From a virus (Duplodnaviria > Caudoviricetes), in the IMG/VR virus record IMGVR_UViG_3300020045_007673, positions 1 through 59,716 of that record: a stretch of 59,716 nucleotides of DNA; one strand, given 5' to 3'. Shown here in pieces: positions 1 through 9,271 of the stretch. A model generated the notes under the pieces. The model did no database searches and was not told where the DNA came from. It worked only from the letters and a program-made list of their open reading frames with translations. A program made the translations under genes and the position numbers. Within the stretch, counting starts at the first letter, position 1. The number at the start of each line of letters is the position of its first letter.

Positions 1-528
1 CTGGAATGGAATCGGCAGTACTGCACGACATCAAACGGATCGGGTACGGGGGATTTTACCTTTATTGCGCTGGCAAACCCGGCATCAACAGGCTCTGCGA
101 TTGGTCATGTGTTGGCGCAAAAGAACGATGCCGCCGGAACCCCCTTCGCGCAGGCGTGTTTATTGGCGCATTCCTCTTCTACTGCATCTCTTTCCTCAGG
201 GGCGTTTGCGTTTTTCACATTCAACTCGTCTAACTCTGGCATTAGTGCTGCTGGCGCATGCGACGGAGCTTGGCATGTGTGGACGGGTGTAAGGTCGGGC
301 ACGTCTATGTTTTTGTACAAAGACGGGGTGCAGATTGCGTCCGCTGGCGGATTGACTGTACGCAATATTTCTCAAGCATCACGATATACCGCTATTGGCA
401 GCCGGGGCAACGGAACAACGGAATCGTTCGTAAATGACATTGCGTTTGCTGCGATGATTGATCGGGCGCTTACGCCGACGGAAGTACGTAGCGTGAGTCA
501 AAATCCTTGGCAGGTTTTTGCCCCCTAG
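1..528 (+). CDS. 5'-truncated virion protein with LamG/concanavalin A-like jelly-roll domain
   Basis: Frame 1 is open from base 1 to TAG at 526-528. Motifs DGAWHVWTGVRSG..LYKDGVQ, IGSRG and DRALTPTEV are typical of LamG-like domains. Confidence 0.7.
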   Translation: MEWNRQYCTTSNGSGTGDFTFIALANPASTGSAIGHVLAQKNDAAGTPFAQACLLAHSSSTASLSSGAFAFFTFNSSNSGISAAGACDGAWHVWTGVRSGTSMFLYKDGVQIASAGGLTVRNISQASRYTAIGSRGNGTTESFVNDIAFAAMIDRALTPTEVRSVSQNPWQVFAP

Positions 529-531
529 ACC

Positions 532-1272
532 ATGCCAATCCGCGTAATTTATACGGGCGATCCATCTGGCGGTTCGCTAGAAATCACCGGCATCCTCGGC
601 ACCGCGACAGCGGGCGGATTTACCGCCCAAGTCGATAGACAGTTCGCCGTTTCCGGCACGCTAGGCACAGCCACTGCCAGCGGATTTACGGCAAACGTAG
701 ATCGCCAAGCGGCGATTGCCGGAATTCTCGGCACAGCGACTGCGAGCGGGTTTGGTGCCAGTGTTGATCGTCAGCTACAAATCAACGCCTTGCTTGGTGT
801 CGCGGTTGCCGACGGATTCACGGCGACAGTTACCAACAACAACGACCTCACGGTCAATGGGCTTCTCGGCACCGCTACGGCTTCCGGATTCACGGCGCAA
901 GTGGATCGGCAAATGGCGATTCTGGCTAGCCTGGGGCTGGCGAGTGCTGATGGATATACCGCGACGATCCAGAACACCGACCTACACGGCTTCACTCAAG
1001 ACCAACTTGACTTTCTCGTGACTTATATGGAGGCTAACTTGGCTATCCCGACCGCTAACGACAACGCGACCGCCGTGCTGAATTTCACAACGGATGGCGC
1101 TTTCACATTGAAAGAGTGTATCCGCTTACTTAATGCGGTGGCGGCGGGCAAGGTTTCCGGCGCGGGCACCGGCACGGAAGTATTCCGCGACCTCGCCGAT
1201 ACTAAAGACCGGATTGTTGCCACGGTGGATGCAAACGGCAACCGCACCGCGATCACGCGAGACGCGACGTGA
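532..1272 (+). CDS. Virion structural protein with ~20-aa tandem repeats
   Basis: Repeated LGTATASGFTA(Q/N)VDRQ units. C-terminus ETFRD..DTKDRIVATVDANGNRT-like. Confidence 0.65.
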   Translation: MPIRVIYTGDPSGGSLEITGILGTATAGGFTAQVDRQFAVSGTLGTATASGFTANVDRQAAIAGILGTATASGFGASVDRQLQINALLGVAVADGFTATVTNNNDLTVNGLLGTATASGFTAQVDRQMAILASLGLASADGYTATIQNTDLHGFTQDQLDFLVTYMEANLAIPTANDNATAVLNFTTDGAFTLKECIRLLNAVAAGKVSGAGTGTEVFRDLADTKDRIVATVDANGNRTAITRDAT

Positions 1273-1727
1273 TTAACTTCTTCGGCCAGAACTACCTAAA
1301 GGCGGACTACTTCCGCCCGGCGTACCTGCACGGTGCGGCGGAAGAAGGTAAGTCGGGCTATTGGCGCATGTTCTTCTATCGGATGCAGGAAGAAGCATTG
1401 AAGAAGCGCGACGAAAAGAAAATCCCCGAGAAGGTAGCAGAAACGTCCGAGGTGCGGCGCAAGAAAATACCGAGGGCAAAGGTTGTCGTCGAACCCGTAG
1501 AGCCTACCTTTACTCCGGAGCGCCTACCCGAGTTCAAGCGCAAGCCAATTTACGAAGAACCCCCGGCAAACGCGAAACTAGCAGAGTTGCCCGAAGCGGC
1601 AAAGTTTGCCATTTTCGTTCAGGATATGTCATCCAACATTATCTCGCTGGCGTATGAGCGGGAAAAACGCAAAAAGCGCTACCTCGCACGTCGCCGCGCG
1701 GCAGCGTTCCTACTCTTGGCGGCATAG
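1269..1727 (+). CDS. Hypothetical protein
   Basis: GTGA overlap with the upstream stop. Charged 152-aa ORF. Confidence 0.6.
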   Translation: MINFFGQNYLKADYFRPAYLHGAAEEGKSGYWRMFFYRMQEEALKKRDEKKIPEKVAETSEVRRKKIPRAKVVVEPVEPTFTPERLPEFKRKPIYEEPPANAKLAELPEAAKFAIFVQDMSSNIISLAYEREKRKKRYLARRRAAAFLLLAA

Positions 1728-1737
1728 GAGAAATGTC

Positions 1738-1911
1738 ATGGGCAAACTCGCACAGCAACTCGGTGGTCAGTCACAGACCAAGGTGTTCAAAAAGGGCGGC
1801 AAGGTTCACGGCGACGCCGCACAAGACCGCGCCATGCTCAAGTCAGCGGTCAAAGCCGACTGCCTGACCGGCAAGAAAAAGGGCGGGAAGGTGTGCAAGT
1901 GCGGGGGATAA
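1738..1911 (+). CDS. Small basic protein with two KKGGKV motifs (putative virion/internal protein)
   Basis: AGGAG RBS before ATG 1738. Sequence MGKLAQQ..FKKGGKV..KKKGGKVCKCGG. Confidence 0.7.
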   Translation: MGKLAQQLGGQSQTKVFKKGGKVHGDAAQDRAMLKSAVKADCLTGKKKGGKVCKCGG

Positions 1912-1915
1912 GCCG

Positions 1916-2488
1916 ATGACTTGCATCGCTTGGGATGGATATACGCTGGCGGCGGACAAACAATCCACGCATTGTGGCCTACGTTCTACCTGCACCAAGA
2001 TTCGTCGGCTTCCATCAGGGGAGTTAGTTACGTATTCGGGTGATCAGGATTCCGGTGAAATGTTGGTTCAGTGGTATGAAAACGGCGCTGATCCTAAAGA
2101 ATGGCCGCAATGTCAAAGCACCGATACGTGGGCCAGGATAATAGTAGTGGATCAAATAGGGGCAAAGTATTGCGAGCGTCAGCCAGCGTTCGTGCGGATT
2201 GAAGATCCTTTCTTTGCATGGGGGTCTGGTCGGGACTTTGCGCTTGCCGCGATGTACTTGGGCAAATCTGCCGGTGAAGCTGTCGAAATTGCTTGCTTTT
2301 TCGATGCCGGATGCGGCAAAGGGATTGATGTTTTTGAATGGCGAAAGGGCATGACGACAAAACCTAAATCTAAACAAAAGCCGACACCTCTCTTTACTCA
2401 CTCCCCAACCTTTATCAAGGATTATGGGCTGTCCGCGACGACCAACAAAGCCGTCGGGCGGTTGAAGAAAGGTGGCAAACGTGGATAA
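1916..2488 (+). CDS. Ntn-hydrolase / proteasome-beta (HslV-like) fold protein
   Basis: N-terminal M-T-C-I-A-W-D-G..LAAD, and FAWGSGRDFALAAM..AVEIA..D. These match the Thr1-nucleophile Ntn pattern. Confidence 0.65.
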   Translation: MTCIAWDGYTLAADKQSTHCGLRSTCTKIRRLPSGELVTYSGDQDSGEMLVQWYENGADPKEWPQCQSTDTWARIIVVDQIGAKYCERQPAFVRIEDPFFAWGSGRDFALAAMYLGKSAGEAVEIACFFDAGCGKGIDVFEWRKGMTTKPKSKQKPTPLFTHSPTFIKDYGLSATTNKAVGRLKKGGKRG

Positions 2489-2669
2489 ATTTCTCGCCAC
2501 AACGCTGATTCGGCTTGAGCAGTTGAAGCGCGATAGGGCAGATGATGCTATGCGCTTCCCGAAAGCTGACCCGTTCGAACACGGTACACAGGTCGGCACC
2601 TGGGCGGGTCTTGAAAACGCGATTCAACTAATCAACGCGATCTATGCCGATGGGGATGACGAAACGTAA
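2472..2669 (+). CDS. Hypothetical head-module protein
   Basis: 65-aa ORF directly upstream of groES. Confidence 0.65.
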   Translation: MANVDKFLATTLIRLEQLKRDRADDAMRFPKADPFEHGTQVGTWAGLENAIQLINAIYADGDDET

Positions 2670-2715
2670 CAGGGTTTGCTGACCCATTCAGCTATTTTAG
2701 TCAAGGAGACTATAC

Positions 2716-3126
2716 GTGAGTATGACCAAAGAGCAGTACGTTGCCGAGCATTTCCCTGATGTTTCCCCCGGCGCAACGCCTTGCGGGCCGAAGATTATCG
2801 TCCAGCTTCGTACCATCAAGACCAAGACCTCTGGTGGTATCGTTTTGGTGGAAGAAACTAAGGACTTCAACAACGGCAATACCCAAATTGCCCGTGTGGT
2901 CAGTATTGGGCAGATCGCTTTCCGTGATCGTAGTTCCGGCGAAACTTGGAAAGAGGGGGCGTGGTGTGGGGTTGGCGACATCATCATGATTCCGCGATGG
3001 GGCGGACTTCGTTTTGAAATCCCGATTCCGGGCCGGGATGAAAACGCCATCTTCGCCACTATCGACGACACCAACGTACAGATGGTGCTGACCGGTAACT
3101 TTGCAGCATTCGACACTTTGCTATAG
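2716..3126 (+). CDS. groES: Phage GroES-like co-chaperonin
   Basis: P.G.KIIV, KTSGGIVL mobile loop, ARVVSIG, and WC.VGD.I. Confidence 0.85.
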   Translation: MSMTKEQYVAEHFPDVSPGATPCGPKIIVQLRTIKTKTSGGIVLVEETKDFNNGNTQIARVVSIGQIAFRDRSSGETWKEGAWCGVGDIIMIPRWGGLRFEIPIPGRDENAIFATIDDTNVQMVLTGNFAAFDTLL

Positions 3127-3128
3127 AA

Positions 3129-3881
3129 ATGGGTTGCTTGTACAAACTTACCGCGCCCTCTGGGAAATGTTACATAGGTATAACCATGAGATCGGCCGAT
3201 TCCAGATTTAGCAGTCACTGCGCCGAGGCGAGATCCGGTAGTGTGAGGCTGGTTTGCAGGTCGATTAGAAAATACGGCAAAGAGGCGATCAAGATAACTA
3301 TTCTAGCTATCTCGAATTCATGGCCTTATTTGTGCGTCCTCGAGAAGCGGGCGATTGAAACATTCAACACATTCGCCCCGCTTGGATACAACGCGACCGC
3401 TGGAGGTGAAGGAGCGCATGGCGTTATATTCTCAAAAGAGCGAAGAGAAAAAGCATCTAAAAGCGCCAAAAAAGCGATGAATGCGCCTGAAGTTAAAGCG
3501 CGGCACAAAGCGGCCAAACGGCTTGAGTGCAATACCGAGAAGGGTAGGAAAAGACTTATTGAGATTGCTAACCGACCAGACGTTATTGCTAAGAAAAGCC
3601 TCGCGATCAAGAGATTTTGCGAAAACAATCCCCTTGCTATGAAGGAACGAAATGAAAAGATAAGGAAAACCTCAGCCTCGCCTGAATCTAGGATCAAACG
3701 ATCAATCGCCGCAAAAGCGGCAAGCACGCCTGACGTTTGTGCGCGGCGCAGCGAATTAGCCCGCCAACGTAAATGGTTATACAAGGGGCAGAAATTAACC
3801 AACGCTTCACCAGCGGACTTTGATAAGTTGCTGGCGGATGGTTGGCGTTATGGGAAGCCCTCATTCGACCGACTTCTGTGA
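3129..3881 (+). mobile_element. Free-standing GIY-YIG homing endonuclease with NUMOD-like repeats
   Basis: CLYKLT..SGKCYIGIT, EKRAI and GYNATAGGEG motifs, followed by basic repeats (ESRIKRS). Confidence 0.85.
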
Positions 3882-3894
3882 AAGGAAACAGAAA

Positions 3895-4878
3895 ATGACT
3901 ACCGAAACCATTGAAGAATTGAAGATTTCCAACGCCCCCGATGGCGGGGTAATTGTCGGCGGGGAACCGCCAGAAGAGGCACAAGACGAAGATAAGGAGG
4001 GCAAAGACGAAGACGAGCGCGTCTCGCAATCTGCCGACAACCACGACGAGGAAGAGCAGGGCCACGCGGCGGAAACCGCCGAAGAAGCCGAGGCTCGCCG
4101 GGAACGCAACCGGCAACGCCGCAAGGACAACAAGGATCGCCGCAAGGAATACGTCGAATCCCTGAAGCGCGAATTGGCGTCCCGTGATGCGCTACTCAAC
4201 GAGGTGAATCAACGCCTCGCCGTTGTTGAGCGCCGTTCCTCCGGTTCGGAAATGGCGCAACTGGATAATGCCGAGAAGGAAGCGGTGAAGTATTACAACC
4301 AGTTCAAGGAAATCCATGCGCAAGCCGTGGAGCAAGCCAACGGCGCGGTAGCCGCCGACGCTACGGAGAAAATGCTGATGGCCCGCCAGCGGGTGGAGCA
4401 AATCAACAACATCAAACGCGCCTACCAGCAAAAGCAATCGCAACCCGCTCCGCTCGATCCGCGCCTAGTGACGCACGCGCAGGATTGGCTGTCCAAGAAT
4501 TCTTGGTACGACCCGCAGGGCAACGACAATGACTCGTCGATTGTCCTGGCGCTGGATAACCGTTTGGCGAAGGAAGGATGGAACCCCACGACGCCGGAGT
4601 ATTGGCAGGAACTTGACGCGCGAGTAAAGAAACATTTGCCTCACAGGATAGTTTCAAGCTATAATAATTCGCAAGGTAATAGGCAATCTCAATCGCAAAT
4701 GCGGTCGCCTGTCGCCGGTTCAGGGCGGGAATCAGTCGGAGCAAAATCAACCGGCTACAAACTTTCCCCCGAGCGGGTACAGGCGATGAAAGATTCGGGG
4801 GTGTGGGATGACCCCAGCGAACGCGCGAAGATGATTAAATATTACCAAACGTATGATCGTACACAAGGAGCTAACTGA
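3895..4878 (+). CDS. Capsid scaffolding protein
   Basis: AAAGGA RBS. Acidic N-terminus and coiled coil, W..KNSWY motif, located upstream of the capsid genes. Confidence 0.7.
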   Translation: MTTETIEELKISNAPDGGVIVGGEPPEEAQDEDKEGKDEDERVSQSADNHDEEEQGHAAETAEEAEARRERNRQRRKDNKDRRKEYVESLKRELASRDALLNEVNQRLAVVERRSSGSEMAQLDNAEKEAVKYYNQFKEIHAQAVEQANGAVAADATEKMLMARQRVEQINNIKRAYQQKQSQPAPLDPRLVTHAQDWLSKNSWYDPQGNDNDSSIVLALDNRLAKEGWNPTTPEYWQELDARVKKHLPHRIVSSYNNSQGNRQSQSQMRSPVAGSGRESVGAKSTGYKLSPERVQAMKDSGVWDDPSERAKMIKYYQTYDRTQGAN

Positions 4879-4879
4879 G

Positions 4880-5437
4880 ATGACCACCGACGACAAATTT
4901 GGCGATGCGCGCCTTAAGAAGAATTCGGGCGGTGAAACTCGTGGCCCTCGTGACAACGCGGATGCGGATCGCGTACAGGACGGAACAGCCCTTTCAGCCG
5001 AACAGCGGCGACGCTTGATGCGGCAAGAATGGGTACAGGAAGTACTCCCCAAATCTCCAGAAATCCCCGGTTTTCATCAGTGCTGGGTATCAACGACCAA
5101 TAGCACTGACCCGATTCACAAGCGCATTCAAATGGGTTACACCCCCGTTAAAGCCTCAGAAGTTCCTGGCTTCGATCACTATACGATCAACGGCGGACAA
5201 TTCGATGGCTGTATCGCGTGCAATGAGATGATCCTCTTCAAAATCCCGAATCAGGTTTATCAGGATTTGATGACGATTTATCACTACGATATTCCGCTGG
5301 AACAAGAGCAGACTATCCGCGACAACATCGAGAACAGCATGCGCGATGTGGATTCCGAGGGGCGAAAGCTGGGAACGGTTGAGGGAGGCTTCAATGAACT
5401 GGGCAAGAGTCTTGCCCGCACTCCACATTTCGCTTAA
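4880..5437 (+). CDS. Conserved head-module hypothetical protein
   Basis: RBS AAGGAG. P.IPGFH.CWVSTTN..D..HKRI.MGY motif, located between scaffold and capsid genes. Confidence 0.7.
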   Translation: MTTDDKFGDARLKKNSGGETRGPRDNADADRVQDGTALSAEQRRRLMRQEWVQEVLPKSPEIPGFHQCWVSTTNSTDPIHKRIQMGYTPVKASEVPGFDHYTINGGQFDGCIACNEMILFKIPNQVYQDLMTIYHYDIPLEQEQTIRDNIENSMRDVDSEGRKLGTVEGGFNELGKSLARTPHFA

Positions 5438-5449
5438 GGAACCTCAATC

Positions 5450-6046
5450 ATGAGTACTACCTCGCAAGCGTATGGGCTGATCCCGGCGTACCATCCGTCC
5501 GGTCAGTCCCGCGCAAATCGTTACAACATCCTCAACAACTCCGGCACAGGATACGCCACCTCGATTTTTAAGGGCGACCTCGTTGAGCTCGACACCGGAA
5601 ACAACGGCACCATCGAAATCAGTGACGGTTCTTCGGCTTGCCTCGGCGTTTTCGCTGGGTGCGAGTACATCGACCCGACAGGCAAGCCTGTTGAGTCCCC
5701 CTACTGGCCCGCTTCCACTGCCGTGCTGAGTGGTTCGCAGATCACCGCTTACGTGTATGACGATCCTGCGACCGTTTATCGCGTCGGTGTGACCGCGAAT
5801 GCCGCTTCGTGGGTACAAGCCGGTATTGGCGATCAAGTTGATATCGCCGCTGGTACGGGTTCGACCAATACCGGTCTGTCCGGCAATTCGGTTACTGCCG
5901 CTCCGGTGGGTAATGGCGCTACGGCCTGTGTGCGTGTTCTGGGCTTCGTGAATAACGAAATCTACAACGCGACCACCAACCCGTATCCCCAGCTACTCGT
6001 TCAGATCAACCAGCTCCAGCTTGCCGCTAACGGCGCTGTGGTTTAA
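5450..6046 (+). CDS. Capsid decoration/cement-like protein
   Basis: YATSIFKGDLV, LGVFAGCEY and YVYDDP motifs. Lies just upstream of the major capsid gene. Confidence 0.65.
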   Translation: MSTTSQAYGLIPAYHPSGQSRANRYNILNNSGTGYATSIFKGDLVELDTGNNGTIEISDGSSACLGVFAGCEYIDPTGKPVESPYWPASTAVLSGSQITAYVYDDPATVYRVGVTANAASWVQAGIGDQVDIAAGTGSTNTGLSGNSVTAAPVGNGATACVRVLGFVNNEIYNATTNPYPQLLVQINQLQLAANGAVV

Positions 6047-6064
6047 TCAGTCAAGCCCCACGCT

Positions 6065-6787
6065 ATGCAATATTACGCATATCTTCACGCTAGACCGACA
6101 GGCGATACGGCTTTAAGTATTTTCTACGTTGGTAAGGGTAAGGGTAAGCGCGCACGAGAATTAAATAGATCAAATCCACATCATCGAAACATTGTTGAAA
6201 AGTACGGATGTGAAAATATCCGTATTTCGACAATCCCCTGTTCGTCAGAAAAAATCGCGCTAGAGTTAGAAGTTGGACTTATAAAGCGCTTGACGAGAAT
6301 GGGGGTATCCTTAGCTAATAAAACATCCGGCGGGGATGGGGTTAGCGGTTATAAACATACGACAGAATGGAAAGAATATCATTCTAGTTTGATGAAAGGC
6401 CGTCAATCACCAACCAAAGGTGTTGCAAAATCAGCCGAGCATGCCGCTAAAATAGCCGAGACGTTGCGTAAAACAACGCCTTGGCGCGGGCGTAAGCATA
6501 CGGATGAGGCTAGGGCTAAGATGGGAGCAAATCTAGGAACAAAACTCGTGAACAAAAATGGATCAGTTAAGCGTATCCGCGTTTCTGATCTTGACTTGTA
6601 TCTTGCAGATAAGTGGGTTTGTGGGCTTACTGGAACAGCGACAAACGTGAAACCTTCTGTTGTTGGTAAAGCCCGTAAAGGGCGAATCTATATTACAGAC
6701 GGAATTAAAACTTCTTGCATACGAGTGCCGTTGCTTCCTACCGTCGGGTGGAAGTTCGGAATTACTCGAAAGAAAGGTAAAAGGTAA
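6065..6787 (+). mobile_element. Free-standing GIY-YIG-like homing endonuclease with NUMOD3 motifs
   Basis: YYAYLH..FYVGKG..R, ELEVGLI, LANKTSGGDG and GRKHTDEARAKM motifs. More AT-rich than its flanks. Confidence 0.8.
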
Positions 6788-6791
6788 TATT

Positions 6792-7724
6792 ATGGCTGGA
6801 ACTATTTTGCGCTCGACTGACTTCCGCAACGTCGTCGAGCCGATTTTGAATTCGGTGTATGACGGCGTTTATGACCAACGCGCCGACGAGTACAAAAAGC
6901 TCTTCAAGCAGGAAACGGGGATTGCCCGCTCCTACCACGAAGAGCCGATGCTGTACGGCTTTGGTGCCGCGCCGGAACTACCTGACGGCATGCCGGTCAC
7001 TTACGACCAAGGCGGTCAGCTTTTCGTCAAGCGCTATCAATACACCGTGTATGGTCTGGCGTTCGCGCTAACCAAGGTGCTTGTCGAAGACGGCGATCAC
7101 GTTCGCTTGGGCAGCACTTACTCCAAGCACCTCGCGCAGTCGATGACGGAAACCGAAGAAACGGTGCATGCCAACCATCTGAATCGCGCCTTTACCTCCG
7201 GCTACAACGGCGGCGACGGCGTGATCCTGTGTTCGGCGGCGCATACCGACGCTATCGGCGGCGCTTCTGGCGCGGCCTCGCGTAGCAACCTGCTGACGAC
7301 TTCGGCGGCACTTTCGCAGACTTCTCTGGAGCAGATGGTTATCCAGATTCGTCAAGCGGAAGATCCTCGCGGCAAGAAGATTCGCGTTCAGCCGAAGAAG
7401 TTGGTTGTTGCCCCCGGCAACATGCTGCAAGCCGAAGTGCTGATTAACAGCATTCTCCGTGCGGGCACCAACAACAACGACCTTAATCCAGTCAAGTCGA
7501 TGGGCATGCTCAGCGAGATCGTTACGCTGTCGCGTCTTACTTCGGGTACTGCGTGGTTTGTGCAGACCGACGTGCAGGAGGGCTTGAAGACCCTGTGGCG
7601 TCGTAAGGTCGAAAAGGGCATGGAAGGCGACTTTGAAACGGACAGCGTCCGTTATAAGAGCACTATGCGCTTCGGCTCCGGATGGACTGACTGGCGTGCC
7701 GTTTATGGCACCCCGGGCACCTGA
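6792..7724 (+). CDS. Major capsid protein (HK97 fold, Mu gpT-like family)
   Basis: 310 aa with GFGAAPE..G..V.YD, GDGV.LCS.AH, PKKLVV, AWFVQTD and GWTDWR..YG.PG motifs. Confidence 0.85.
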   Translation: MAGTILRSTDFRNVVEPILNSVYDGVYDQRADEYKKLFKQETGIARSYHEEPMLYGFGAAPELPDGMPVTYDQGGQLFVKRYQYTVYGLAFALTKVLVEDGDHVRLGSTYSKHLAQSMTETEETVHANHLNRAFTSGYNGGDGVILCSAAHTDAIGGASGAASRSNLLTTSAALSQTSLEQMVIQIRQAEDPRGKKIRVQPKKLVVAPGNMLQAEVLINSILRAGTNNNDLNPVKSMGMLSEIVTLSRLTSGTAWFVQTDVQEGLKTLWRRKVEKGMEGDFETDSVRYKSTMRFGSGWTDWRAVYGTPGT

Positions 7725-7736
7725 TCTCCTCCCTTC

Positions 7737-7766
7737 CCTCCCCTTCGGGGGAGGCTCTTTTTTCTT
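7737..7766 (+). terminator. Rho-independent terminator after the major capsid gene
   Basis: CCTCCCC-TTCG-GGGGAGG hairpin followed by CTCTTTTTTCTT. Confidence 0.8.
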
Positions 7767-7780
7767 GAAAGGAATAGATC

Positions 7781-8587
7781 ATGGGTAACAACCTAGTAAC
7801 GCGAACTCCTAACGGGGTGAATGATGTTTCGGAGGGTTCTTTCGGCGGCGATTTGGCGCTGTTGAACCCGCTGCGGCACATCACCTTTTTCGATGATTTT
7901 GCGAGCAACAACAGCTTCCCGGTAGCCGCTTCCGGTCTCGCTGCGGCGTCCAATAGTTCCTGGACGATCACTGTAACCGAGGCGGGCGCGGGGGATGCGG
8001 CTTCGTCGTATCTCACGGGCGCAGGTTCTGGCGGCGGTATTCTGCGGCTGATTACGGACGCGGCAGACAACGATTTGATTTTCGCGCAACACAAAAGCGA
8101 ATCGTTCCTGATGGCCTCCGGCAAGCGGTGCGCGTTCAAGATCAAATTAGCGATCACGGATGCCAACGCCAACGCCACATCCATCGCGCAGACCGAATGG
8201 TACGCCGGGCTGATGATTACCGATACCGATCCGCTCAGTTCCACGGCGGGCGATGGTGTTACCGACGGCATCTTCTTCATGTCGGAAGACGGCACGCAGG
8301 ACATCGGCTTCTACGTACAGAAGAACGCAACCACGGGTCAGCTCACTACCACGACCAGTTCTACGCTGACAGTAGCGACGCAAACGTCCTTCGGCTTTGA
8401 GTTTGATGGCTCGCGGTATATCCGGCTGTACAAGGATGATGTTTATACGCAAACCATCGACCTCACAACCACGCTGACTACTTACCTTCCCGATGCCCCG
8501 CTGACTGTCAGCTTCGGTATCAAGAATGGTGAGGCTGTAGCGAAGACGTTGGACATCGATTACATCCTGGCGGTTCAGGAGCGCTGA
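7781..8587 (+). CDS. Virion structural protein (head fibre/decoration-like)
   Basis: AAAGGA RBS. FFDDF motif, beta-rich, ends in IDYI..QER. Confidence 0.65.
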   Translation: MGNNLVTRTPNGVNDVSEGSFGGDLALLNPLRHITFFDDFASNNSFPVAASGLAAASNSSWTITVTEAGAGDAASSYLTGAGSGGGILRLITDAADNDLIFAQHKSESFLMASGKRCAFKIKLAITDANANATSIAQTEWYAGLMITDTDPLSSTAGDGVTDGIFFMSEDGTQDIGFYVQKNATTGQLTTTTSSTLTVATQTSFGFEFDGSRYIRLYKDDVYTQTIDLTTTLTTYLPDAPLTVSFGIKNGEAVAKTLDIDYILAVQER

Positions 8588-8593
8588 TTGGGC

Positions 8594-8615
8594 GGGGGCT
8601 TCGGCCCCTGTTTTT
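8594..8615 (+). terminator. Rho-independent terminator
   Basis: GGGGC-TTCG-GCCCC hairpin followed by TGTTTTT. Confidence 0.7.
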
Positions 8616-8626
8616 AGGAGTTCATT

Positions 8627-9259
8627 ATGCGTCCAGTTCAAAAAACAGTAGCTCCGGTAGCGGCGGACACGAACAGCCTCGCGGAAGCCCAACAGCTTGC
8701 GGGCGCGGGAAACTTGACGCTCACGGCACTTGCCGGAACCGGCTTCGCCAGCGCGCAACAAGGTTCGCTTACCGTCGCTGTGGCGAATCTAAGCGGGGTC
8801 AATTTCACTTGGTACGGCACCGACGCGGACGGGCATTTGCAGACCGAGACCATCGCCGGGCCGAACAACAATACCGTCACAACCACGAAGTATTGGCTTA
8901 CCGTGACGCAAATTGCTGCAAGCGCCGCAGTGGGCACCGACGTTATCGCCGGAAATACCGCTTTGGCCGTGAGTTCGACGTTTATTTGTGATTACATCAA
9001 TTCCGTGGCGAGTATGGGGTATGGCTTCACCCAAACCGGCACGGCGACTTATAAACTACAGCACACGTACGATGACGTATTCGATGCGTCGCAGACTGTA
9101 AGTTCTGCTAAAACGTGGTTCGATGACGCGACCGTTACCGGGAAAAGCGCGGCATTCAACTACTCCATGACGAATGCTGTACGGGGATCGCGGTTGGCGA
9201 TTACTGCCTGGACTTCAGGTACCGTTACGGGGACGCTGATCCAAGGTCTAGAGAAGTAA
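8627..9259 (+). CDS. Virion structural protein
   Basis: AGGAG RBS. Thr/Ala-rich beta protein in the structural operon. Confidence 0.6.
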   Translation: MRPVQKTVAPVAADTNSLAEAQQLAGAGNLTLTALAGTGFASAQQGSLTVAVANLSGVNFTWYGTDADGHLQTETIAGPNNNTVTTTKYWLTVTQIAASAAVGTDVIAGNTALAVSSTFICDYINSVASMGYGFTQTGTATYKLQHTYDDVFDASQTVSSAKTWFDDATVTGKSAAFNYSMTNAVRGSRLAITAWTSGTVTGTLIQGLEK

Positions 9260-9271
9260 GGGGGCGACAAT

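Noticed and set aside
3129-6787. Group I introns around the two GIY-YIG genes
   Set aside because: Flanking genes are intact and the spacers are too short for an intron core.
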